Positions 30,871 through 40,700 of a stretch of DNA of 64,000 nt are shown in pieces (position 1 is the first letter of the stretch; each line of letters starts with the position of its first letter). The notes under the pieces were generated by a model. The model searched no databases and had not been told where the DNA came from. It saw only the letters and a program-made list of their open reading frames with translations. The stretch is from Armatimonadota bacterium (lineage in GTDB: Bacteria > Armatimonadota > UBA5829 > DTLH01), in the NCBI GenBank assembly GCA_038207085.1, contig JBBRAE010000012.1, positions 1 through 64,000 on the forward strand, given 5' to 3'. The position numbers and the translations under genes were made by a program.

Positions 30871-31065
30871 AGTCAGTTAGACTCGCAATGGCCGAGATCA
30901 TTTACGAGATTGCTCCTGAGCGCAAAGAAGTATGAGGACTTTAGTCCGGGGAGTGGGCTTCTGCCGACTGAGCGGGAGTAAACTCCCTTGTTGTTCTTTG
31001 CGTGCGCGATGAATATCGCACACGATCACCGACGCGCCTTCGTCAGAGTTAGTTACACTCGGATA

Positions 31066-31094
31066 TTGACGGGGAATAATGATGGTGATACACT
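31066..31094 (+). promoter_or_regulatory. Sigma70-type promoter of the TA operon
   Basis: TTGACG-17 nt-TACACT. Confidence 0.6.
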
Positions 31095-31125
31095 GTAACC
31101 ACTAAGTGAGAACGCAGGTGCTACC

Positions 31126-31353
31126 ATGATCAAAAAACTGACCAAACACGGCAATAGCGCGGCACTTGTCATCGACAAGGCGATACTGGACCTTTTGAAT
31201 ATCGACACGGATACGCCGCTTGAAATATCCACCGACGGGCGCGCGCTTATCATATCCCCGGTGCAGGATGATGAGCGACGGAAGAAGTTCCGTTCGGCTC
31301 TTGACGAGGTTAACCGCGAGTACTTCGACGTGCTTCGAGACTTGGCTAAATAG
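31126..31353 (+). CDS. AbrB/MazE-family antitoxin
   Basis: KKLTKHGNSAALVID swapped-hairpin motif; immediately upstream of Doc. Confidence 0.9.
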   Translation: MIKKLTKHGNSAALVIDKAILDLLNIDTDTPLEISTDGRALIISPVQDDERRKKFRSALDEVNREYFDVLRDLAK

Positions 31354-31354
31354 A

Positions 31355-31741
31355 ATGGAACCGATATTCCTCGAACTCGACGAAATTCTTGAAATCCACA
31401 CCGACGAGATCAACCTGCACGGAGGTTCGCTCGGCGTTCGCGATACCGGGTTGTTGCTTTCAGCTATTGCGGCGCCAAGAGCGACATTTGGCGGCGAATA
31501 CCTGCACACCGACGTGTTTGAGATGGCTGCAGCCTATTTGTTTCACATCGTGCAGAATCATCCGTTTGTCGACGGCAACAAGCGGACGGGTGTTGCTGCG
31601 GCACTGGCTTTTCTAATTTTGAACGACGCACGAATAAGAGCGGACAAGGAAGCGCTGAAGGAATTGGTTTGGAAACGGGCGCAAGGGCTGGTCGAAAAGA
31701 GCCACATTTCCGAGTTCTTCAGAAATTCGCGCGGAGCCTGA
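31355..31741 (+). CDS. doc: Doc (death-on-curing, Fic family) toxin
   Basis: HPFVDGNKRTG motif; GVRD.GLL.SA motif. Confidence 0.93.
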   Translation: MEPIFLELDEILEIHTDEINLHGGSLGVRDTGLLLSAIAAPRATFGGEYLHTDVFEMAAAYLFHIVQNHPFVDGNKRTGVAAALAFLILNDARIRADKEALKELVWKRAQGLVEKSHISEFFRNSRGA

Positions 31742-31776
31742 TCGGCCTGCCACCTATAATGTAGAGGTAAACACAG

Positions 31777-33474
31777 TTGCTTGAACGACTCGGGGGACTT
31801 TCCCCAAAAACCAGATGGGCTATTTTGATCGCGGCTTGCGCGGTCTTTTTCTTTGCTTGGTTTGTGCGGGTGCCGCTGACGGAGATCGACGAGACTCGTT
31901 TTACCGAGTCTAGCCGCGAGATGATCGAGTCGGGCAACTGGGTCATCCCATACTGCAACTACGAGCCGCGCTACCGTAAACCGATCGGCTTCTACTGGGT
32001 GCAGGCGGCGGCGATGAAGACGTTTGGCAACAACGAAGTGGCCGCACGGCTGCCATCAGCTGTGTCGGCTACGGCTCTCGTGCTTATGATGTACGGGTTC
32101 CTCCTTGGAAAGCTCGCCGGGGAGGCTGAGTCGAAAAAACGGGCTGGGGGGGCGGCGTTTTTGGCGTCGCTCGCGCTTGTGGTCTGTCCGCTTGTTGCGG
32201 TGTACGCGCGGGCGGCGGTGACTGATCACGTGCTGACGCTCTTTATCACAGGTGCGCTTCTATCGATCTTGAACGCTGACCTCGCGACCGACAGAAAGTC
32301 GATCAGGCGATGGTATATGCTCGCGGGAATCTCAGCGGGCCTTGCGTTTCTCACCAAGGGGCCGCAGGGGCTCGTGATTCCGGGGGCGGTGTGGTTTCTT
32401 TATCACGCTAGTCGACGAAATCTAATGAACGCGGCAAAGAGCGTGCCTTGGGCGTCGACGATCGGGCTCTTTGTGCTTGTCGCAGCGCCCTGGTATGTGG
32501 CGACCTATGTCGTCGACGGCCCGGCGTTCCTCAGGTGGTTTTTTCTGAGAGAGAACGTCGCCCGGTATTCTTCTACGATGGAGGGGCACGGGTCGAACAA
32601 CCCGCTTCGGGTGTTTATCACACCGCTGATGTCGATTCTGCTTATGTTCCCGGTGAGCGCCTACGTGCTGAACGAGCTTGCAAGGCCGTTTGGCGGCGCA
32701 ACTGACGCAAAAACCGACACGCTTGCCCGGATGCGGCGCTTTGCCATCGTCTGGCTTGTGGTCGTGGTCGGAATATTCTCGATCTCCAAGACCCAGCTTC
32801 CCCAGTATGTGATGAGTATCATCGGCGCGTGCGGGGTTCTCTTTGCGATCAACCTGCTCGGGCGGTTTTCGATCGAGAACAATCGGGCGCGGTGGGGAGA
32901 GACGGCTATCATCTCGATTGTTGGCCTGGGCTACGGGTTTCTGCTCCTCAAGGTGCTCCAGCGCGGCGACGCGACGGTGAAGCTCCCCGCGATGCCATTT
33001 CCGCAGCCCATTACCACAATCGTTCTGATCTCGGGCATTGTGCTCGCGCTTGCAGTGGCAGTCGGGGCGATCGTACTTGGGTCGATGCGAAAGCAAAGCG
33101 TCGCATGGACGATCTCGGTCTGGTCGCTCTTTATGGCGGTGTTCGTCCTTGGGGTGCTCCCGATCTGGGTCAGAAGCGCATATATGCCATCGGTCAGGGT
33201 CGGCGAGTATTTGCGGACGCTCCCCAAAGGTGTGACCGTCGTCAGCAACACCAAGAAGAACTCGGAGAGCCTCTACTATTACGCAGAGCGGCGGGTGGAG
33301 TCAGCGCGGCAGAGCGACCCGAAAACGCTTGGCAAGCTGCGTGCTATGCTTCAAAAGACGGGCAAGCTGGCTGTTGTTACCGACGATCATGGGGCCGAGG
33401 GACTGAAGAGCTTAGGGCGAGTCGCCGAGCTTCGCAGGTTTGGGAAGATTGTGGTTGTTGGTGTGAGCAAGTAG
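31777..33474 (+). CDS. ArnT/PMT-like (GT-C) membrane glycosyltransferase
   Basis: DETRF..SREM..SGNW, KP, ARLPSA, LTKGP motifs; many TMs. Confidence 0.9.
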   Translation: MLERLGGLSPKTRWAILIAACAVFFFAWFVRVPLTEIDETRFTESSREMIESGNWVIPYCNYEPRYRKPIGFYWVQAAAMKTFGNNEVAARLPSAVSATALVLMMYGFLLGKLAGEAESKKRAGGAAFLASLALVVCPLVAVYARAAVTDHVLTLFITGALLSILNADLATDRKSIRRWYMLAGISAGLAFLTKGPQGLVIPGAVWFLYHASRRNLMNAAKSVPWASTIGLFVLVAAPWYVATYVVDGPAFLRWFFLRENVARYSSTMEGHGSNNPLRVFITPLMSILLMFPVSAYVLNELARPFGGATDAKTDTLARMRRFAIVWLVVVVGIFSISKTQLPQYVMSIIGACGVLFAINLLGRFSIENNRARWGETAIISIVGLGYGFLLLKVLQRGDATVKLPAMPFPQPITTIVLISGIVLALAVAVGAIVLGSMRKQSVAWTISVWSLFMAVFVLGVLPIWVRSAYMPSVRVGEYLRTLPKGVTVVSNTKKNSESLYYYAERRVESARQSDPKTLGKLRAMLQKTGKLAVVTDDHGAEGLKSLGRVAELRRFGKIVVVGVSK

Positions 33475-33484
33475 CGGCACACCT

Positions 33485-33606
33485 GATCGCGCCGGTTCTG
33501 GAGAACCGGCGCGGATATTCCCAGGGTCTCCTGACCCCATAGCGCATGGATCGGGGTCTGGAGACCCCTCAAATGTGCGTGCCGCGTCTGGAGACACGGC
33601 ACGATC
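33485..33606. repeat. ~120-bp composite palindromic element, copy B
   Basis: Reverse complement of 154-273; lies between convergent genes. Confidence 0.9.
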
Positions 33607-33625
33607 AAGGCACGATCAGATCAAA

Positions 33626-34627
33626 CTATACTTTGCAGGCGTCAGCATCCTCGTCGCTTACATCTTCAAACTCAGGAACCGGCGCAGATTTCCCCGCCAT
33701 GATCGAAGGGACGAACGCCGCGCCGGGGGTGCTCGCTAGCATCATGATCGTTCTGTAGAGCAACGCCGCAGCGGTGGCGGTGGCGGTTGAGACTCCCATG
33801 TGAGAGAATACATAGACCACGGAGAGCTCCTGCACGCCCAGGCCGTTGATTGAGATCGGCACCAGGGTCACGAAGTAGACTATCGTCCAAAGCCCGGCGA
33901 TTGTGGCAAACGGGACAGGCTCGCCCATCACGACGAAGAGCAGCGCGAAAAAGCCGAACGTGGCGAGCATATGGACCCAGGTGCAGACTATCGCGCCAAA
34001 GAGATGGTAGGGACGGGTCGCGCCCTGCAGAAGCGCGCGCAGCATCCGTCCGAGTATCCCCTTCACTTTGCCTGCAATTCCGCCGCCGGAGATCGCCGCT
34101 ACCTGGGGGCAGGCCAGCATCGAGCTCTTGTGAAACGGCATGTGGAAGCGCAGTACATGCGTAAACGCGGGCAGGCCGAACGGGATGGCGACGACCATTC
34201 CAAGCAGCCCAACGAGCCGGTCCAGCACCACCGATGCGGCGCTCTTTGAACCGCTGTAACCAAGCTGCATAAGCGCGGCGAGCCTGGCGGCGTCGCCTCC
34301 GACGGTGCTCGGCAAGAAGTTCGAAGCAAATAGCCCGGCGAAGGTGATCTCCATGCTGCGGCGAAACGGCATCTCAACCCCAAGCCCGCGCAGCAGCACA
34401 TACCAGCGGACTCCGGTCGCGAGGCGCGAGACCATCATCAGCGCGCAGCAGGCCAGAATGCACCAGATGGGGATGCTCCGAAACGCTCGGATGATCTCAC
34501 CCCAACCCTGTTTTTGAAGCAGAAATAGGAGCAGGCCGAACGAGCCGACGCTACCTGTCAGACGCAGAGCCGAGGTCTTCGAGACCTTGCGAAACACCGA
34601 GGGCATCTCCGGAATCCTTTCTCCCAA
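33626..34627 (-). CDS. Lysylphosphatidylglycerol synthase TM / flippase-like membrane protein
   Basis: RW..LL, NFLPSTVGGD, DR, PISINGLGVQE motifs; start uncertain (34627 or 34606). Confidence 0.88.
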   Translation of the reverse strand: MGERIPEMPSVFRKVSKTSALRLTGSVGSFGLLLFLLQKQGWGEIIRAFRSIPIWCILACCALMMVSRLATGVRWYVLLRGLGVEMPFRRSMEITFAGLFASNFLPSTVGGDAARLAALMQLGYSGSKSAASVVLDRLVGLLGMVVAIPFGLPAFTHVLRFHMPFHKSSMLACPQVAAISGGGIAGKVKGILGRMLRALLQGATRPYHLFGAIVCTWVHMLATFGFFALLFVVMGEPVPFATIAGLWTIVYFVTLVPISINGLGVQELSVVYVFSHMGVSTATATAAALLYRTIMMLASTPGAAFVPSIMAGKSAPVPEFEDVSDEDADACKV

Positions 34628-35564
34628 TGACCTTTTTCAGGTGGTAAATGGGCATCGACTGCGACTCGTGGTAAGTGCGCATCAAGACCTCGGCGACAAG
34701 CCCGAGCATCACGCTCTGCGCGCCGATCGCGAAAAGCACCGCCGACGATGTGAGAAGCGGCACAACAGGCTCGTGCGCTCCGAAACCGAGGTTGGCGGCG
34801 AGCAGGTAGGCTATCGGGAGCAGCCCAGCCGCCATCGCCCAAGCACCGACCTTGCCGAACAGGTATATCGGCTTGGTGCTGTAGCGGACGAACATGTTCA
34901 CCGTGCAAAGGTCGAGAATGACCTTGAAGGTGCGCCCGAGGCCGTATTTCGATGTGCCGAAGCGCCTCGCGTGATGGGTCACCGGGGTCTCAAGGATCTT
35001 GCCGCCGGACATCGCGATGTAGGCGGGGATAAATCTGTGCATCTCGCCGTAAAGCCTGAAGCTCTTCACGATCTCGCGCTTGATCACCTTCAGGGTGCAG
35101 CCGTAATCGTGGAGGTTGACGCCGGTCACCTTGCGGATCAGCCGGTTTGCGATCACGCTCGGGAGTTTTCGGCTGAGGAGCTTGTCCTGTCGGTTTGCGC
35201 GCCACCCGCAGACGGCGTCGTAGCCCTCGTCGAGCCGCGCGAGCATCATCGGGATATCGGCGGGGTCGTTTTGGAGGTCGGCGTCCATCAGTGCGATCAC
35301 GTCGCCTGAAGCGTGGTCCATCCCGGCCATCATAGCGGCGGTCTGACCGTGGTTTCGTCGGAACTGGACTACGACCACATGCTCGGAGTCGTCGCGAGCG
35401 AGCTGTTCGAGCACCGCGACACTTCCGTCGCTGCTCCCGTCGTCCACATAGACGACCTCCCAGGCGCACTCAAGCGCGGAAAGCGCCTCCCCGAGCGTTC
35501 GGTGCAGATGCGGAACGCTCTCCACCTCGTTATAGACCGGTATCACGACCGATAGCAGTTTCAC
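34551..35564 (-). CDS. GT2 glycosyltransferase (ArnC/polyprenol-phosphate type)
   Basis: SVVIPVYNE, VDDGSSD, RNHGQ, DADLQ, HRFIP motifs; C-terminal TMs. Confidence 0.93.
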   Translation of the reverse strand: MKLLSVVIPVYNEVESVPHLHRTLGEALSALECAWEVVYVDDGSSDGSVAVLEQLARDDSEHVVVVQFRRNHGQTAAMMAGMDHASGDVIALMDADLQNDPADIPMMLARLDEGYDAVCGWRANRQDKLLSRKLPSVIANRLIRKVTGVNLHDYGCTLKVIKREIVKSFRLYGEMHRFIPAYIAMSGGKILETPVTHHARRFGTSKYGLGRTFKVILDLCTVNMFVRYSTKPIYLFGKVGAWAMAAGLLPIAYLLAANLGFGAHEPVVPLLTSSAVLFAIGAQSVMLGLVAEVLMRTYHESQSMPIYHLKKVIGRKDSGDALGVSQGLEDLGSASDR

Positions 35565-35672
35565 TTGCTGTCCACCACCTTGCGAATTTGTCGCCGCCTC
35601 ATGCGGCAGCCTCTATTATACAACCTCAAGCGGAAACTGTCGAAGATATGTGAGCGAGTGAGCGAACCGCGC

Positions 35673-35702
35673 TTGACACATGGCGCGCGAGGGAACTACA
35701 CT
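35673..35702 (+). promoter_or_regulatory. Sigma70-type promoter
   Basis: TTGACA-18 nt-TACACT upstream of the NUDIX gene. Confidence 0.55.
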
Positions 35703-35731
35703 GTGGCGGATTACTTACGGAGGAAAGAGAA

Positions 35732-36247
35732 TTGCCGACGGTTGAGATTGAGGTTAGCCCGGAGTTTATCATAGACATGCGCCGCAATATCGTGAAGAAA
35801 CGCTCAGCGGCGGAGGTGGTGATGGTCGCCCCTCGGACAGGCGGCACAGTGCTGCTCCACACCAAGGCGTTCTATCCGCCGGACACGTTCAGGCTGCCCA
35901 CGGGTAGGCTCCACTTCGAGGAAAACCCGGACGAGTCGTTTTTCAGGGAGTACCGCGAGGAGCTCGGGCACGACGCAGAGCTCGATCGCAAGCTCGGAGT
36001 CGTGGTGCAAAGGCTGATCTCAGGGGACGAGTCGCTTGATTTCACCTCGCACGTGTATCTTGCCAAACGAAGTGACGCGCCTCCGGTCCCGGAGGACACC
36101 TCAGAGCAGATAACGGAGTTTATCGAGGTATCGGTCGCGGGGATTCGGGATACGGCAGAGAAGCTTCGGAACATGCCGGAGGGATGGAGCGATTGGGGCA
36201 AGATGCGGGCGGCGGTGCACGACTTTGTCGCCGAAGAGCTCACGTAG
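35732..36247 (+). CDS. NUDIX hydrolase
   Basis: LPTG.....E.......REYREELG Nudix box; GGAGG RBS. Confidence 0.85.
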   Translation: MPTVEIEVSPEFIIDMRRNIVKKRSAAEVVMVAPRTGGTVLLHTKAFYPPDTFRLPTGRLHFEENPDESFFREYREELGHDAELDRKLGVVVQRLISGDESLDFTSHVYLAKRSDAPPVPEDTSEQITEFIEVSVAGIRDTAEKLRNMPEGWSDWGKMRAAVHDFVAEELT

Positions 36248-36261
36248 CTTTCGGGAAGAAG

Positions 36262-36295
36262 CGTTCGCGCCGAGTCGGGTGACGCGGCGCGAACG
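36262..36295. terminator. Hairpin between convergent genes
   Basis: CGTTCGCGCCG/CGGCGCGAACG 11-bp stem. Confidence 0.55.
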
Positions 36296-36303
36296 GGGTT
36301 TCT

Positions 36304-36948
36304 CTATTTCTTCTTTGCCGGGGCCGGTTTGGCAGCGGGCTTCTTTGCAACAGGCTTGGCGACAGGTTTCTTCTTGGCCTCAAGAGCCGTGAAATACTTC
36401 ATCGAGTTTCCTGCCCACGCGGCAAGCTTCGGCACGTTTACGAACCCTACGGTGCGCACTGCATAGACGGACTTTTTGACCGGGTCCGTGCCGACGACGA
36501 AAAAGTCCTGGGAGTCGCGCGCGTAGACCGACACGGTCCCTTTGCCTACTACCGAGGCGTCGTAAAGCACTCTGCTCCAACCATCCTCAGCGGTAAGTTT
36601 GCCTGCGTAGAAACTCATCACGCTTGCTGGAGTCGTCGTCGCGGCAAGGCGGAACTGCATCGCCCGCACCACCTCTACGTCCTGAAACGCATCAACGAGG
36701 GTGTTCAGATCAGCGTTTTTCAGAAACTCGCCGAGCTCGCCGCCGCTCACCTGCGCCGTCTGCACGAACGCGGGAACAGCCTGCTTGATCATGCCGAGGA
36801 TGTCGTTGTCGGTTATGTTGATCTCTGTTAGCAAGGTCGTCCCCGGAGCCACGGGGATCTCTGGCTGAGCGACGACCTGCGGCTGCTGGGCACATACCAG
36901 GACCGGAAGAACCATTGCCGCAAATGCGGCAAGAAACATTTTTTTCAT
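36304..36948 (-). CDS. Hypothetical secreted protein with Lys/Pro/Ala-rich tail
   Basis: AGGAGG RBS, signal peptide MKKMFL...; paralog of the upstream gene. Confidence 0.8.
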   Translation of the reverse strand: MKKMFLAAFAAMVLPVLVCAQQPQVVAQPEIPVAPGTTLLTEINITDNDILGMIKQAVPAFVQTAQVSGGELGEFLKNADLNTLVDAFQDVEVVRAMQFRLAATTTPASVMSFYAGKLTAEDGWSRVLYDASVVGKGTVSVYARDSQDFFVVGTDPVKKSVYAVRTVGFVNVPKLAAWAGNSMKYFTALEAKKKPVAKPVAKKPAAKPAPAKKK

Positions 36949-36975
36949 TATCGTCAATCCTCCTTGATTGTGGGC

Positions 36976-37542
36976 CTATTTACCGATTTTCGGGGCCTTC
37001 GGGGTCACGCCAAGCTGCTCCATAATGGGAAACACAATACGGACCGCGTTCGCCGGGTCGAAAAACCCCTTGGTGCATACGGCCTTGATTGTCCCTGCGA
37101 CGAGCCTGCCCTGCTTGGAGATCGTCGGCTTGATCTGCGCGCCGAAGTAGCCACCCCCCGAAGTCGCAATGAGCACCATGCCGCTCCCGGGTTTGCCCTG
37201 GGTGTTCCAGAGCACCCGCCTGCCGGGAACCTGCTTCTCAAAATAGGAAAGCATGTCGGCGGCGGCATATTTGGTCGACAGCTTGATCTCGGCGAAGTCC
37301 ACCGTCTCAAGGTTTCCAAGCGCTGCATGAAGCTGGGTAGGGTCGAGATCGATCTGTTTGCCGGTCTGAAGGGAAAGCATCATCCCAAGCTGGGCCTCGA
37401 TCTGCTCGCGGCCAAGGCTCATCTCGGTCGTGACCTTGCCACCGGACGGGATGGGAATGCTAAGCACTGCGGACTCAGTCTCCTGGGCGAAGACGGGAGC
37501 CGCGAAGACGAGTATAGCAAGAACTGCGAAGAGTCGTTTCAC
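36976..37542 (-). CDS. Hypothetical secreted protein
   Basis: GGAGG RBS, GTG start (MKRLFAVL...), signal peptide. Confidence 0.8.
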   Translation of the reverse strand: MKRLFAVLAILVFAAPVFAQETESAVLSIPIPSGGKVTTEMSLGREQIEAQLGMMLSLQTGKQIDLDPTQLHAALGNLETVDFAEIKLSTKYAAADMLSYFEKQVPGRRVLWNTQGKPGSGMVLIATSGGGYFGAQIKPTISKQGRLVAGTIKAVCTKGFFDPANAVRIVFPIMEQLGVTPKAPKIGK

Positions 37543-37773
37543 TGACAATTCCTCCAATGTGCAGACGCCACAGAAGCAAGCCCGTGGCGGGTGTATATTA
37601 CCATAAGTCGTTTCCTCTCACAACAAATCGACCATTTAAGGTTGGCCATATCAACTTTCTGCGCAATCTGAGCTGGAAATGTGGAAAATCAATACTGAAA
37701 GCAAGTATAATTCACTGTTCGATTCTACGGACAACCGCGTCGACGCGGTTCTGATACCACGTTAGCCAGGTCT

Positions 37774-40700
37774 ATGACTGACTTTATAATTAACCAAACA
37801 GATTATATTCACTTCATCTGCGGGCTCGTCTACGTATTAGTGGCGACGGTGTGTTTCACCGCCCGCCGCACTACAAGGTCGCGCCTCCCCTGGGAATGGA
37901 TGGGGTACCTCGCAGTTCTCCATGCCGGAAACAGCTGGATGGACGTGGTGTCGCAGTCGTTCGCCAATGACTCAGCGATGTCTGTGGTAAGGCCCATTCT
38001 GCTCATTGCAGCGTGCCTCTGCCTGATAGAGTTTGCCCGCGTCGGAACCTCTCGCATAACCGACAGATCCATCGGTCGGTGGGTCTACATTCCACTGCTG
38101 ATAGCGGCGGGCTCTGGCGGGTTGATGGGCCAGCATGGTCTGGTCACATCGCTAAATACCGTTCTGGGGGCTGTGGGTGGGCTGTGGTCGGTTGTCGTAG
38201 TGCTGGTAGAAGCGCGAAAACAAGCAACTCTGGCTGGTCGGGCGCTTAATAACTATGCGACCGCATCAGTGCTGATCGCAGTATCCAGCGTGCTCAAAGA
38301 CATTGCCCCGCGCATCATGCTCGCACACAAGATTCCCGTAGGTCTGGTCAGTGTCGCTAACGTATCCATTGAGGTAGTCGCGACTGCACTTGTTATGTGG
38401 TCCGCCTTATCCCTGATGATCTACACCCAGGAACTGACGGAGAAATCGGACCCACTCAGGCTAATTTGGAGCGCCCGCCACCGAATAATGTGCCGCACAC
38501 TTGCAGTGATCACGCTCATCGTTTGCTGTGGCTGGATTGTCGCGAATGTGGCAGGAACCAAGGTGGACAACGATATCAGAAGGTCACTTCTGACCCGCGC
38601 AAGGACGACCGCAGCAGCCATCGACTGGCACAAAGTGAAGTCGCTTGATGGAAGTCCCTCAGACACCCGAAAGCGCGCCTTTGCGGAACTCAGGCAGCAA
38701 TTGAGATCCGTAAAGGCATGCAACTCCGACTGCAGGTTTGTCTATCTTATGGGCGAGCGCAAAGGCGGTGTGGTCTTTCTGGTCGACTCAGAGCCGACTT
38801 CGTCTAGCGACTACTCGCCTCCCGGAGAGCCCTATAATGAGGCTTCCACCGATATGAAAGGTGTGATTGCGCACCCAGGGGCCATTGTGGAAGGACCAGC
38901 CGCTGACCAGTGGGGAAACTGGGTATCCGGGCTGGTGTCTATCGTCGATACACATACAGGCAAAGTCTCCGGAGTGCTCGGCATGGACACCGACGCCCAC
39001 AACTGGGCGCAGATGATCGCCAAACAAAGGCTTCTGTGCATCGCGTTTGTGCTGCTGCTCTGCATAATAACTATAACGTTCGCCTATATCCTGCAGACAA
39101 CCACAGAAGCCAGCGCCAAAATCTCCCAGTCCGAGCTGCACTACAGAGGTCTTGTGGAGGGCTCACCAAACTGGGTATCGCTCTTTGACGGCGAAGGGAA
39201 ATTCCTGTCTATCAACCAGATGGGCGCTTCATGCACGGGCTGGACAAGCACCGACCTGCTGGGAACAAGGTTTCACGAGATATGGCCCGAACCGATGCGT
39301 GCGATGGTCGAGCGGACGATTACCCGCGTGCTTCGCGGCGACAGATGCTCCTTTGAAGGCGAATGCGCGCCACCCAACGGTCGTGCAACGTGCATGAACG
39401 TCGTGCTAAACCCAATCCAGGACACGGACGGTGTGACAAGACGGTTTGTCGGCATCCTGACCGATGTAGCGGAACAGAAGAAGGCCGAGCAGGCCCTTGA
39501 GGAAAGCCGAAGGGCGCTTTTCACCCTGCTTGGAAACCTGCCGGGCATGGCCTATCGCTGCTCCAACGATGAAGGGTGGACTATGGAGTTTGTAAGCGAC
39601 GGCAGCGTTGAGCTAACCGGCTACAGACCCCAGGAACTCGTCGGTACCAGAAGTGTGCGCTACGGAGAGCTGATCCATCCCGAGGACCGCGACAACGTCT
39701 GGCGGACTGTTCAAGAGGCGATAGACAACGACAAAGGATTCCGTCTCAACTACAGGATAGTCACCTCCGAAGGCGTCGAAAAGTGGGTATGGGAACAGGG
39801 ACGCGCGATAATCCGCAGGTCGGACTCACACATCGTCCTTGAAGGGTTTATTGTAGATATCACAGATCAGAAACGCGCCGAAGAGGCACTTGTCGAAGGT
39901 GAGCGCAGATACCGACTCCTTGCAGAAAATGTCCGAGACGTCATCTGGACCACTGATCTTGGCCTGAAAACAACGTTTGTCAGCCCGTCGGTCGCAGCCC
40001 TCACCGGCTATGTGCCCGGCGATATGACCGGGATGAACGCCCGCAACATGATGACCCAGGCAAGCTACACCGCGATGGTCCGGGCGATAGCCTCGGCAAG
40101 GCAGGCGGAGTGCGAGACAGATAGGCCGCCTGATCCGCGTTCGATAGAGCTTGAGTTTGTTCGTAAAGACAGCGACACCGTCTGGACCGAAAACGAGCTT
40201 TCGTTCCTTCGCGGATCAGACGGCAAAACGATGGGGATCATGGGCGTCGCCCGGGACATCACCCGACGCAAGCAGACCGAGTCGCACCTGCGTCTTCAGA
40301 CATCAGCCGTAAACGCGGCAAGTGACCTTATAGTCATTACCAACGTGCAGGGCGGAATCGAGTTCGTGAACGCCGCGTTCGAGCAAGAAACCGGCTACGA
40401 AATGCGCGATGTGCTCGGACAAAAGCTGAGCCTCCTGAAATCCGGCAAGCAGGAAGAACCTTTCTACTCTGAGCTCTGGCAGACGATCCTTGCGGGATAT
40501 ACCTGGCAGGGTGAGATGGTCAACAAACGCAAAGACGGCAGCATCTACGTCGAGGACATGTCTATCACCCCAATCAAAAACGACACCGGAGCGATAGAGC
40601 ACTTCGTCGCGATCAAACGCAACATCACGGAGAAAAAGGTCTACGAGCGCAAGCTCGACCATCTCGCGCACCACGATCACCTGACGGGGCTCCCGAACAG

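Noticed and set aside
30921..31002. Palindromes GGACTTTAGTCC and GGGAGTAAACTCCC within a 9-bp inverted repeat
   Set aside because: Possibly a decayed REP doublet, but single copy in the window and too degenerate to support
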